Assembly (NCBI GenBank): GCA_046726415.1
Contig: JBKPAK010000310.1
Location: 1-36,692, forward strand
Reading direction: 5' to 3'
Source: Candidatus Methylomirabilota bacterium
GTDB lineage: Bacteria > Methylomirabilota > Methylomirabilia > Rokubacteriales > CSP1-6
Length of the DNA: 36,692 bases
Below, in pieces: positions 19,229-28,702 of this stretch; positions within the stretch are counted from its first letter, which is position 1, and each line of letters starts with the position of its first letter. Both the position numbers and the translations under genes were made by a program. The notes beneath the pieces are model-generated. The model was not told the origin of the DNA, searched no databases, and was given only the letters and a program-made list of their open reading frames with translations.

Positions 19229-19869
19229 TTGACGCGCGGCATCGCCCGGATCTCGGCGGCGATCTCCTGGCCGAGGGCGACGAGGGCGCGGGTCATGGCG
19301 GCGACCATCGGCTCGTAGCCTCGACCGCCCGCGGCCTCGCTCACCGTGAATCGCCGGAACACCAGCTCATCGCCGTCTCGGCCGAGAATCCGCCAGCGCG
19401 CGTCGAGGGTGACGTCGCCGCCCGGGCGCCCATCGAAGCGCATCACTGCGATGACCACTTGGTACTGGATGACCCGGGCGACCACGCCTCGCCACGGAAA
19501 TATGACGATCCGCTCGGTGGGGACGCGGGCGCCGATCTCCTCGCCCACGACCCGGGCGATCCCGCCCTCGAGCGACTCGGCCCACTGGTGGAACATGGAG
19601 ATTTCCACCTGATCAGCGCCGGTGCGGGTCACGATCTGGGTGCGATCGAGGTAGCCCGGCATGATTACCGGCCCCACGCCAATGCCCACGGTGCCAGTCT
19701 CGGCCTGGCTACTCCGGGGGGTCGACGCACGTGCCCTGGACTCCGCGCTCCCGGCCCCGGCCAGACCGAGGGTGTAGTACTGCGTCGGGTCGCTGACGGC
19801 GCAGCCCGCCAGACCGATGGACGCGACCAGGCCGAGCAGGCGTCGAACCACTGCTCGGTCAGCCATCAC
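19225..19869 (-). CDS. pqiC: PqiC-family ABC transport auxiliary lipoprotein
   Basis: Lipobox LAGC, YYTL, GVGPVIMPGYLDRTQIV, WAESL, RFDG, LDARWRI. Confidence 0.9.
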   Translation of the reverse strand: MMADRAVVRRLLGLVASIGLAGCAVSDPTQYYTLGLAGAGSAESRARASTPRSSQAETGTVGIGVGPVIMPGYLDRTQIVTRTGADQVEISMFHQWAESLEGGIARVVGEEIGARVPTERIVIFPWRGVVARVIQYQVVIAVMRFDGRPGGDVTLDARWRILGRDGDELVFRRFTVSEAAGGRGYEPMVAAMTRALVALGQEIAAEIRAMPRVN

Positions 19870-20999
19870 TTATTGGCCCCTCCACTCGGTCGACGGATCC
19901 CGTAGACCGGGGCATCGGGGACGCGTTCGAGGTAGTCCGCCAGGGCCCGCACGGCGCGGGCGGCCGCGCGCAGATCGCGCATCGTCTGGAAGAGCTCGAA
20001 GCCCAGGGGCGACTCCTGCTCGAGCGTGCGGTCCATGCCGCCGAGCGTGAGCTGCGCGCGTTCCATGGTGGCCCGGGTGGCGTCCGACGTGCCGCGGATC
20101 GATGTCAGCAGCGGATCGGCCTGGGCATCGAGCTTGGCGGCGAGGTGGCGCATGTTCTCGATGACCGGCCGAAGGTGGCCGATCGCCGTTTGCGCCTCCT
20201 TGAGCGTGGCCTCGGCCTGGGTGGCCAGCGGGTCGACGCGGCTGTCGACGTCGAGGGCCAGCTTCCGGGCCGCGTCCAGACCGGCGTCGAGGTGGGTCAG
20301 TGTACCCTTGAGCTGGGCGAGCAGCGGGTCGATCTGGGCGTCGACTCTCTGGACGAGCGTCCGGGCGTCGCCAATCGCCGCGTTGGTGTTGCGGAAGAGC
20401 TCGTGGGTCTCCTTGGACTCGACGATCTTCTTGACCTCCTCGAGGATCAGCGCCGTCATCTGGCCGATCTGGTCGAGCGGGACCTTCTCGATCTTGTCGG
20501 CGAACTTCTCGAGCTTCGCGGTCCAGACCTCGATGTCGGTCGGGACGGTCGGGAGCTCTGGTATCCGCTCTTCGCGGCTGCGAAGGACGATCGGTGTGTC
20601 CGGCCGAAAGTCGAGGGCCACGTAGAGGACACCGGTCACAAAGCTCTGCATGCGGAGCTGGGCCCGAAGACCCTCCTCTCGCACCAGCCGCTCGATTGCC
20701 CGCGCGGGTTCGGCCTCAGCCGTTCCTTTGACCGCCTGCGGCTCAAGCCTGATATACACCGCGACCAGGGGCGTTCCCCACCGCAGCTGGACATCCGTCA
20801 CCTCGCCGACCTTGACCCCGCGGCCCAGCACCGGCGCGCCCTTGTTGAGCCCGGTCACCGCCGCGTCGAAAAAGAGCACGTAGTCGAGCTTGGGACGGAA
20901 CAGGCCGGTGCCACCCCAGACCAGCAGGGCGACCAGCAACAGGGCCACGGCGCCCACGACGAAGGCGCCGATGACCGCCGGGTGCGCGCGCGTGCTCAT
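19866..20999 (-). CDS. mlaD: MCE/MlaD family protein (PqiB-like helical tail)
   Basis: IGAFVVG TM, VTGLNKGAPV..GVKVGEV, GLRAQL..QSFVTGVLYV, long coiled coil, LADYLER.P. ATGA overlap with pqiC. Confidence 0.92.
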   Translation of the reverse strand: MSTRAHPAVIGAFVVGAVALLLVALLVWGGTGLFRPKLDYVLFFDAAVTGLNKGAPVLGRGVKVGEVTDVQLRWGTPLVAVYIRLEPQAVKGTAEAEPARAIERLVREEGLRAQLRMQSFVTGVLYVALDFRPDTPIVLRSREERIPELPTVPTDIEVWTAKLEKFADKIEKVPLDQIGQMTALILEEVKKIVESKETHELFRNTNAAIGDARTLVQRVDAQIDPLLAQLKGTLTHLDAGLDAARKLALDVDSRVDPLATQAEATLKEAQTAIGHLRPVIENMRHLAAKLDAQADPLLTSIRGTSDATRATMERAQLTLGGMDRTLEQESPLGFELFQTMRDLRAAARAVRALADYLERVPDAPVYGIRRPSGGANK

Positions 21000-21808
21000 C
21001 CTGTCGGTCCTCCTTCCCCCTCCTGCTCCCCTCGCGTGAGGAACGCCCGCACCTTCGCCTCGGGGCTTTCGTCGCGGAGCTTCTTGGGATCGCCGAGGGC
21101 GATCATGGTCCGCGTTTCGGCGTCGAGGAACACGGCCCGGTCGGCGATGGCGAAGATGCTGGGGAGCTCGTGGGTTACTACGACCATGGTCGCCCCGAGA
21201 CTGGCGCGAAGATCGAGGATCAGGTCATCGAGGCGCCGGGAGCTGATGGGATCGAGGCCCGCCGAGGGCTCGTCGAAAAAAAGGATGTCCGGATCGAGCG
21301 CCATCGCCCGGGCCACCCCGGCCCGCTTGAGCATCCCCCCGCTGATCTCGGACGGGTAGAATTCCTCGAAACCCGCCAGGCCGACGAGCGCGAGCTTGAG
21401 CGAGACGATCTCCCGGATCTGCTTCGGGGAAAGTTCGGTGAAGGTCTGGAGCGGCAGCGCCACGTTCTCGGCGAGCGTCATCGAGCTCAAGAGCGCCCCG
21501 GCCTGGTAGGACACGCCGAGCCGGCGGCGGAGGCGGTCGCGCTCCTCGCCAGCGGCGTGACAGAGACTCTCGCCATCATAGAGGACGTCTCCTTTGGCCG
21601 GGGCGCGCAGGCCGACCATGTGATTGAGTAGTGTGCTCTTCCCGGAACCGCTCCCACCCATGATGACGAAGATCTCGCCACGCGCGATGGTGAAGGAGAG
21701 GTCGTGCTGGATGGTGAAGCTTCCGTAGGCCATCGTGAGATCGGCCACGGTGATCCGGGGTGTGGGGGGCGCAGTGCCGGCAGCGGCGGGGCTAGAGGCC
21801 GAGGACAT
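20996..21808 (-). CDS. mlaF: MlaF-like ABC transporter ATP-binding protein
   Basis: Walker A GGSGSGKST, signature ISGGM, Walker B ILFFDEPSAGLDP, VVTH. Confidence 0.93.
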   Translation of the reverse strand: MSSASSPAAAGTAPPTPRITVADLTMAYGSFTIQHDLSFTIARGEIFVIMGGSGSGKSTLLNHMVGLRAPAKGDVLYDGESLCHAAGEERDRLRRRLGVSYQAGALLSSMTLAENVALPLQTFTELSPKQIREIVSLKLALVGLAGFEEFYPSEISGGMLKRAGVARAMALDPDILFFDEPSAGLDPISSRRLDDLILDLRASLGATMVVVTHELPSIFAIADRAVFLDAETRTMIALGDPKKLRDESPEAKVRAFLTRGEQEGEGGPTG

Positions 21809-22949
21809 TCAGGATCACCGCGAAGATACCGTCGACGACGATGATGAGGACGATGGAGGTGACCACGGCCGAGGTGGCGGCGAGCCCGACGGCCTCGGCG
21901 CTCCGCCCCGACTGCATGCCCCGGAGGCAGCCGACGAGCGCGACCAGGACGCCGAACACCACGCTCTTGCTGACACCGATGAAGAAGCTAGTCAGGCCCA
22001 CGGCACTTCGGGTCTGCTCGAAATACTCGGTGGCGCTGATTCCCAGCATGCCCACCCCGACGACCGCGCCGCCCAGAATCCCGACGAGGTCCGCGTAGAT
22101 CGTGAGCAGCGGCATCATGGAGATCAGGGCCAGCATCCGCGGGAGGACGAGGAACTCCATCGGCGAGATGCCCATGGTGTCGAGCGCGTCGATCTCCTGG
22201 TTGGTGGTCATCGTCCCGAGCTGCGCGGCGAAGGCCGCGCCGGTCCGGCCCGCCATGACGATGGCGGTCATGATGCAGCCGATCTCCCGGGTCATGGCGA
22301 CGGCCACCAGGTTCGCCACGAAGATCGACGCGCCGAATTGCTGGAGCTGGACGGCCCCGACGAACCCGAGGATGAGCCCGATCAGGAAGCTGATGAGGCT
22401 GACGATGCCGAGCGCGCGCGGCCCGCAGTCCTGGATGACGGCGAGGAGATCGACCATGCGGAACCGCGCTCGGCCGCGCAGCAGCGCGCCGAGGGCCAGC
22501 ATGCCCTCCCCGAGAAAGGCCAGTCCCGCCACGGTCTCGTCCCAGCCCGCCGTCGCCCAGGCGCCGATCCTCACCAGCCACGGGGGCCGCGAGCGGGCCC
22601 GGCCGGTCTGCTTCTCGGGAACCGCCTCGGCGAGGTGCAGCAGGCGCTGGGCCCCGTCGGGGAGGCCCGCGCGATCACTTTCGATGCCGCGGGCCCTGGC
22701 CTCCTCGAGCACGCTTCTGGCGAAGGTGACGAAGCCCGAGTCCCAGTCGGTGACGCGGCTCGCCTCGAAGGTGAGCCGATGGACGGCCGGGCCCACCTGG
22801 ATATCGCGCCACACCTCGCTCGGGTCGGGCAGCCGGTCCTCTTTCCGCCAGGCCCCGGTGAGCACGACGCACGCGACCTCCGGCGCCGGGTGCTCGACGT
22901 GAAGCGTCCACGGGCGCTCGACGGTGGTGTTAGGCCAAGCTCTCGTCAT
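21792..22949 (-). CDS. mlaE: MlaE-family ABC permease with N-terminal STAS-like domain
   Basis: WDSG, QLQQFGA, REIGCIMTAIVMAGRTGAAFAAQLGTM..NQEIDAL, LVLPR, AVGLAATSAVV. Start uncertain (22949 or 22988). Confidence 0.92.
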   Translation of the reverse strand: MTRAWPNTTVERPWTLHVEHPAPEVACVVLTGAWRKEDRLPDPSEVWRDIQVGPAVHRLTFEASRVTDWDSGFVTFARSVLEEARARGIESDRAGLPDGAQRLLHLAEAVPEKQTGRARSRPPWLVRIGAWATAGWDETVAGLAFLGEGMLALGALLRGRARFRMVDLLAVIQDCGPRALGIVSLISFLIGLILGFVGAVQLQQFGASIFVANLVAVAMTREIGCIMTAIVMAGRTGAAFAAQLGTMTTNQEIDALDTMGISPMEFLVLPRMLALISMMPLLTIYADLVGILGGAVVGVGMLGISATEYFEQTRSAVGLTSFFIGVSKSVVFGVLVALVGCLRGMQSGRSAEAVGLAATSAVVTSIVLIIVVDGIFAVILNVLGL

Positions 22950-23364
22950 GCGGTGCACCCCGCCACGGCGTGTCGCTCGTCCCGTCATGCTCGTGGCATG
23001 CCGTGCCCGTTGTCGACGGTCGGCCTGGCGCTCGGGCGGCGGCTCCCACTCGACCACGAGGATCTTCGAGTGACTTGCCATCTGACTCGGCGCCAACAGG
23101 CTCCGAACCCGCGACGAACACCACCGTGATCGTCGGTGGATTGGCGCGGCCACCCCCCACGCGCCGGAATGCTTCAAAGCCTGGCAGAGGCGACTGCCCT
23201 TGCACGATGTACAGGCTCCACTTGACGACGTGCTCCGACTTGGCCCCTCCTGTCGGAGCGTAGGCAACTCTAGCACCGTCCCACGGCGGCTGCCCCTCCG
23301 CGGCCCTCATCCACCTGACGTAATCCCACACTCGGACGCGGCGCCCGAAGAGGCCCGATGCCAC

Positions 23365-23445
23365 AGCGAAGCTGAAATGGTAGCGCACCGATAGCCAATC
23401 GTTGTCGAAGCGCCCCAGCTTCTCGAAGGGCCTCACTTCGATCAT
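23365..23445 (-). pseudogene. First about 27 codons of a pirin (YhhW-like) gene
   Basis: [27 protein letters not shown] followed by unrelated sequence. ATGA overlap with the wrbA stop. Confidence 0.8.
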
Positions 23446-23592
23446 CGGCTCACCTCCATCGTTGCCGCAAGCTTCCCCGCGATTTCCGCCACATATTTGC
23501 CCTGAAGCCGGGCGATCGCGAGCTCATTAGCGCTCGGCGGCCGGGATCCGTCGGCGCCGGCGATTGCGCTGGCGCCATAGGGTGTGCCGCCA
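23442..23592 (-). pseudogene. wrbA: C-terminal fragment of WrbA NAD(P)H:quinone oxidoreductase
   Basis: [41 protein letters not shown]. Confidence 0.85.
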
Positions 23593-23810
23593 TCAGCCAG
23601 CAAGGTGGTCGCGTGATCGATGCGTCGGCGGACCGCGAATCGGTGGCGCGACACTGTCGTGGTCTGCTTGAAGAGGCGCGCGAAGTGATATGGGCTCATG
23701 TGGACCACGGCGCTCAGCTCGGGGAGCGGGAGGTTGCGATGCCGGTTGACGTCGATGTACTCGATCACCCGGCGGAGCCGCGCCCCGAGCAGTCCCCCCG
23801 TCACGGGCGC
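23593..23810 (-). pseudogene. AraC-family HTH fragment
   Basis: [16 protein letters not shown]...[23 protein letters not shown]...[12 protein letters not shown]. Second HTH missing. Confidence 0.85.
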
Positions 23811-23998
23811 TGGCGCGACCCCAGCCCGTCCGGCGTCGGTTCCTGGCTCTACCACGCCGGTTACGAGGGTGCGGGAGCCGGGAGGAGGTACAGGTGGTCC
23901 CCGGCGCCACTGAAGGAGCGGGCAATCTATACGAAGGTATAGATATACCAAGGTGTAACTGGGCGGATCGGCACGGGGGCGCTACCGTCGTGCTTGTG

Positions 23999-24385
23999 AT
24001 GAGCCGCGAGCCGATCGTCTCCATCGTCGACGACGACGAATCCATTCGCCAGGCGCTCCAGGGCCTCCTTCGGTCGACCGGACGCGGGGTCGAGGCGTTC
24101 GCCTCGGCCGAGGATTTCCTGCACGCCGGCCGCCTCCCCGCTGTCGCCTGCCTGATCCTCGATCTGCAGATGCCGGGCATGGGGGGCCTGGAGTTGCAGC
24201 GGACTCTGGCCGCCGGTGGCCACCGCATACCGACCATCGTGCTCACCGCCCATGGGGATCACGAGGTGCGCAGGCTGGCGCTTGCCGCCGGCGCCGTGGC
24301 GTTCCTGGGCAAACCCTTCGATCCTGACACCTTGCTCAGCGTGGTCGACGCCGCCCTGGGCACCGGGCAGCCGCCACGTCCGTGA
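23999..24385 (+). CDS. Single-domain response regulator (FixJ-like receiver)
   Basis: IVDDD, CLILDLQMPGMGG, LTAH, FLGKPF. 128 aa. Confidence 0.9.
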   Translation: MSREPIVSIVDDDESIRQALQGLLRSTGRGVEAFASAEDFLHAGRLPAVACLILDLQMPGMGGLELQRTLAAGGHRIPTIVLTAHGDHEVRRLALAAGAVAFLGKPFDPDTLLSVVDAALGTGQPPRP

Positions 24386-24423
24386 TCGCGATCCGGAAGC
24401 GACGTCGACAAGGAGCGCGTGCC

Positions 24424-25057
24424 ATGCCCCCGCAGCTGGAAGTGACTGTCGCGCCGGAGAGCAAAGCGGTCGTGAGTCGCGTCGATCGGGATCGCGCGCT
24501 CGTGGAGGCGCGGCGCCGCCGCGAGCCGAGCGCCGCCGACGATCTCCTGGCCACCTACGGTGATCGCGCCTGCCGCCTGGCCCCCGCCTCACCGGCAACC
24601 CTCAGGACGCCGAGGAGGTTGTCCAGGATGCGTTCTGGTGCGTGATTCGTCAAATCGACACGTTTCGCAGAGAGTCCGCCTTCGGCTCCTGGCTGTATCG
24701 CATCGTCGCGAACGCTGCCTATCAGAAGCTCCGGCGTCGAGCCGTGCGCCGCCGCGAGCTGTCACTGGATGAGATGCTCCCGGCCTTCGATCACCGCGGC
24801 AAGCACGTCGAGCCCGTGCCCGACTGGTCGGCCAGTGTCGACGACCCCGCACGTCAGACCGAGTTGCGGGCGGCGCTGAGATCGAGGAATTGCCTCCGGA
24901 CTACCGCGCGGTGGTGGTGCTCCGCGACGTCGAGGGATTGGCGCATTGCGAGATCGGGGATGCTCTCGGGCTCACCATCGGCAGCGTCAAGACGCGCGTG
25001 CACCGAGCGCGCCTGTTCCTGCGCCAGCGGCTGGAACGGCATCTTTCGCCGTCGTGA
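24424..25057 (+). pseudogene. ECF sigma-70 factor, frameshifted
   Basis: GNPQDAEEVVQDAF, FRRESAFGSWLYRIVANAAYQKLR, LPPDYRAVVVLRDVEG...SVKTRVHRARLFLR. Frameshifts at about 24585 and 24880. Confidence 0.88.
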
Positions 25058-25099
25058 GCCGAGGCGCTGTAGCGAGGGAGTTGAGATGTCGCGACGGAA

Positions 25100-25220
25100 G
25101 GGGCATGGGCATGGGCTGTCGATCAGTCGCTCGATCGTCGTGGTTCACGGCGGCTGGCTTCAGGCGGCCCCGAACGAGCCGCACGGCGCGATCTTTCGCT
25201 TCGTTCTCCCGATCGAGGTC
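25100..25220 (+). pseudogene. Histidine kinase HATPase C-terminal fragment
   Basis: GLSISRSIVVVHGGWLQAAPNEPHGAIFRFVLP (G2 box and tail). Confidence 0.75.
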
Positions 25221-25254
25221 CGATGGCGGGGTCGTGACCGTCCCGCCGGCCGGC

Positions 25255-25775
25255 GAGGGGTGATGGTGGACGTCACTGACGGCAAACGGGCGGACGGAGA
25301 GCGCCAGCCGCGTCAGTGGACCGCCGACAGCATGGATCGAGTGAATCTCGCGATCCAGGGAACGAACGATCTCGAGCAGATGATGACCGACGTCCTCGAC
25401 GCGACTTTGTCTATCTTCCAGTGCGATCGAACCTGGCTGGTTTATCCGTGCGACCCCGAGACCATGTCGCACACGGTGAAGATGCAGCGGACCCGTCCAG
25501 AGTTCGCCTTCCATTCGGCGCGGGCGACGAGCTGCCGGTGGACCCGGACACGGCCGCTGTGTTTCGTGCCGTGAGGGCGTCCAGCGGTCCTGTCCAGTTC
25601 AGATCGCACTCCGGGCATCCACTCCCGGCCGAGCAAGCGAAGCGCCTGGGCATCCAGGCCAGGATGACCATGGCCCTCTACCCGAAGGGTGCGCAGCCGT
25701 ACATGTTTGGTCTCAGCCAGTGCCCGTACGCGCGTCTGGACGGAGCGCGAAGCGCTCCTGTTCCAGGAGATCACC
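25255..25775 (+). pseudogene. PAC/GAF sensor-domain fragment
   Basis: DVTDGKRA, SMDRVNLAIQGTNDLEQMMTDVLD...CDRTWLVYPCDP...MALYPKG..YMFGLSQC.YARVWT.RE..LFQEI, with frameshifts. Confidence 0.75.
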
Positions 25776-26044
25776 ACGTGCAGCTCCACGATCGGGCCGT
25801 CACCTGCAGCGCGATGCCGACGATGTTGGCGCGGACCCGGCATCGTCGGTGCGCGAATTGACCAAGTTCGACCGATACGCGTCGAGGCTCGCAAGGACGG
25901 GGCCCGCGTTGATGCCACGGCCAATGATCCGGCGGGAAGGGGACCTTGCTGCCGAGGCGCTCTAGAGCAGGTCGGGCAGGCCGACGATGTGTCGCCTTGG
26001 GTTGTAGGCCGCGACCGGCGCGGCGACGGCGGACAGGCAAATCC

Positions 26045-26545
26045 CGGCCGAATCCCGGCCACGTCGTTGCCGTCGTCATCGACCGCCGACACCCAGGGCA
26101 CGTACGGCTCGCCGAGCCGAACCGGCCAGCGGCCGATGCCGCGGTCGGCGTCGGGTCCGAGGTCGAAGCGGCGCGCCCACGCCAGCACCGCGGGATCCGG
26201 CTTGGCCGCATGGCCGAAGCGAGCGAGCACCTCGGTTCGCACGCCGGCCGTGCCGCCGCTCGTCCGTGGAACCCAGCTGCGCGGCGGTTCGACCCCGTCG
26301 CGCACCTACTGCCCGAGCGCGACAAGAAGCGTCCGCCGCACGGGCGTGACCTCAATGTGGTACACCGGGTTGGCGCCGGGCATGGCGTGCTTGATGGGGC
26401 TGATTCGTCGCCGGTGAGCCCTTCCCACAGCAGCTGGCGCAGCCCGGCCCGACTGCGAGGCGCCGTAACCGAAGGCGTAGTCGATGCCGTCGGCGCGCAG
26501 GTGGGGACACTACGTCGCGGATCGCCGCAGACCGCCCGCGGCGGC
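26045..26545 (-). pseudogene. Internally deleted alpha/beta hydrolase-domain protein
   Basis: AIRDVVS..IDYAFGYGASQSGR..LRQLLWEG joined to ..LLVALGQ*VRDGVEPPRS..PYVPWVSAVDDDGNDVAGIR. GxSxSG nucleophile elbow. Confidence 0.65.
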
Positions 26546-26784
26546 GATTTCGATCTGCAGCTCGGTACCGACGTGGCGATCGGCTACTTGAAGCCACGAC
26601 GCCGACACCGCGTAGCTCTACCTGCAGGAGACGCTGACAGTTCTGGTGTACACCCCGAGCCGTCGGTGGCGCTGACCGCATCGCCGCCACAGGCGCGCGT
26701 TATGGAGGGCAGAGAATATGCAGTACCGGGGCTGGCGCTGAGGCGCGAGTAAACATCAGCAGCTCTCACGAGGAGGCGGGTCCC

Positions 26785-27525
26785 ATGGCAACAACACTGA
26801 AAGGCTCAACGGCACTGGTTACTGGCGCGACCGCGGGCATTGGCCGGGCGATCGCCCTGCAACTTGCCGGGCTTGGCGCCGAGGTCGTGGTGCACGGGCG
26901 CAGCGCGGAGCGCGGCGCGAAGACGGTGCAGGAGATCCAAAACGCCGGGGGAAAGGCGCGTTTCGTCGCCGCCGATCTTTCAGATGCCGACGACGTGCGC
27001 CGTTTGGCCGCCGAGGTGGGCCCGGTCGACATCCTGATCAACAACGCGGGCGTCTATAAGTTTGGTGCGACCGCCGACACCGACGATGCGTTCTTCGACG
27101 AGCACGTAAACCTCAACCTGCGCGCCCCGTACATCCTGGTGCAGAAACTGGTGCCCGGCATGGCTGAGCGGGGTAAGGGTGTGGTGGTGAACCTGAGCAC
27201 CGTCGCCGCCGGCGTGCCGGCACGCACCGGGGGCATCTACGGGGCCAGCAAAGCCGGCGTAGAACTGTTGACCCGCGTCTGGGCCGACGAGTTCGGCCGC
27301 TTCGGAGTTCGGGTGAATGCGGTGCAAGCGGGTCCCACCGAAACCCCGGGAACGGCAGTCACTCCCGGCCTCACCAACGGCTTGGGCCAGCTCACCGCGA
27401 TCGGGCGCGCCGCATCGGCGGACGAGATCGCCAACGCGGTAACGTTTCTGGCCTCCCCGGCCGCCAGCTACATCAACGGCGCGATCCTGCAGGCCACCGG
27501 CGGCCAGGTCGCGATCGCGCCGTAA
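26785..27525 (+). CDS. Short-chain dehydrogenase/reductase (SDR)
   Basis: GAGGAGG RBS, TGATAGIG, NNAG, YGASK. Intact 246 aa. Confidence 0.95.
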   Translation: MATTLKGSTALVTGATAGIGRAIALQLAGLGAEVVVHGRSAERGAKTVQEIQNAGGKARFVAADLSDADDVRRLAAEVGPVDILINNAGVYKFGATADTDDAFFDEHVNLNLRAPYILVQKLVPGMAERGKGVVVNLSTVAAGVPARTGGIYGASKAGVELLTRVWADEFGRFGVRVNAVQAGPTETPGTAVTPGLTNGLGQLTAIGRAASADEIANAVTFLASPAASYINGAILQATGGQVAIAP

Positions 27526-27559
27526 TCAGATCGGCCCCGGCGTCTCGAAGGCGGTAACC

Positions 27560-28462
27560 AGGTGCGGGCGCCCCGCGCAGACGAACGATGACGGAACTGC
27601 CGCTGGTGTTCGCCTCGCCGTGGATCGACAGGTCGCCTCCGCGCGGCAGGACGAGCAAGCCCCGTTCCGCGCCGGCGTGTTCGATCGCCGTCCGCAACAG
27701 CGTCTCGACCAGCTTGTCGAGCATGAGCTCACCCGAGACGGCCTCCGAGACCTTGAGCACAGTGGCGAGGTCGAGGCGCTCCATCGGCGCTCCGATAGTT
27801 CCCCGCGCGTCGGGCGCCGGCTCTTCCGTGCGAAGGTGCGGATAGAGCTCATCGAGCCGCACCTTGCCGTCCGCCCCCCAGCGCAGATAGCCGTGCCGGG
27901 CGTGTCGCAGATACAGGTCGGCGATCCGCCCGAACCCGCGCACCGCGTAGAAGCGCGCCGCCAGCTCGTTGGCGAGCGCCTCGTTGTGGAGGGGCAGGTC
28001 GAACAGCTCCTCGATCGGTCGGCTCCCGAGCTGGGACCAGATCTGCTCATATTCGCGTCGCACGTCCTCGTCGGTTGAATGCGCTGATCAGTGGATGCCA
28101 AGCTGTCGCAGGTAGCCGAGACCCACCGTGAGTGCCCGGTCGGGCTGACTGAGGGTCGTAAACAAGTCCACTCGCAGGCGCGCTACAGCAGCGTGTTCGA
28201 TGGCATTCGCGGCACGTGTTCCCAGCGCCGACAAGCGATGCTCGGCGTCCACCAGCGCGCCGGTCACGAATTCGCATTCGGCCCGGTGCAACTCCAGGGA
28301 AAACGCGAGATCATGCCGCCGGTCCCAGCAGTCGTCCGGCAACAGCGCCGCGCCGGCGAGGAGATAGTTGAGCGCCGAGGCGTAGGCCGTCGATGCCTTG
28401 GCGCGCTTGCTCGCTATCAGATTGAGCTCAGCCAGCTGCTCGCGTTCGTCCCGTCTGATCGA
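27560..28462 (-). pseudogene. Fragments of multi-domain Ser/Thr kinase-AAA-GAF-histidine kinase (multi-kinase)
   Basis: LAELNLIASKRAKASTAYASAL...LGIH* ...IEELFDLP joined to HNEALANELAARFY...YLRWGADGKV...LDLATVLKVSEAVSGE...EHAGAERG. Internal stop and large deletion. Confidence 0.88.
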
Positions 28463-28702
28463 TTCTCCGGTAGCCACGGACCGGCCGACGTTCATTCTGT
28501 ACGTCGGGGGCGGGACGCGCGAACCGCCCGCTGGAGCGCGGAAGGACGGCGGTGCGAATTCGACAGCTCTCGTCACACTCTCGTACCGCAGGTCGACGTC
28601 GGGGTTGGTCGTCGAGGTCGGCCAGCTGGCTGATCGCCTGCACCAGCCGCGCGCCGACTGTGAACGACCCGGACCGAAAGTACGTGCACGCTCCCTCGCC
28701 GA

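Noticed and set aside
18514..19905. 463-aa plus-strand ORF
   Set aside because: Patchwork of MFS antisense, NB-ARC fragment, MDR tail and pqiC antisense.
22929..22935. GTTAGGC here, plus GTCTAAC at 36375 and GCTAAC near 7107, as attC cores
   Set aside because: No convincing partner inverted repeat. A few such 7-mers are expected by chance, and the first lies in the mlaE frame.
20145..23129. Long plus-strand ORFs (404 aa, 464 aa)
   Set aside because: Antisense shadows of mlaD/mlaF/mlaE.
24642..25574. 310-aa sigma-HATPase-GAF ORF as a novel fusion protein
   Set aside because: Sigma region 4 is out of frame and the other domains are partial. An accidental open frame across deletion junctions.
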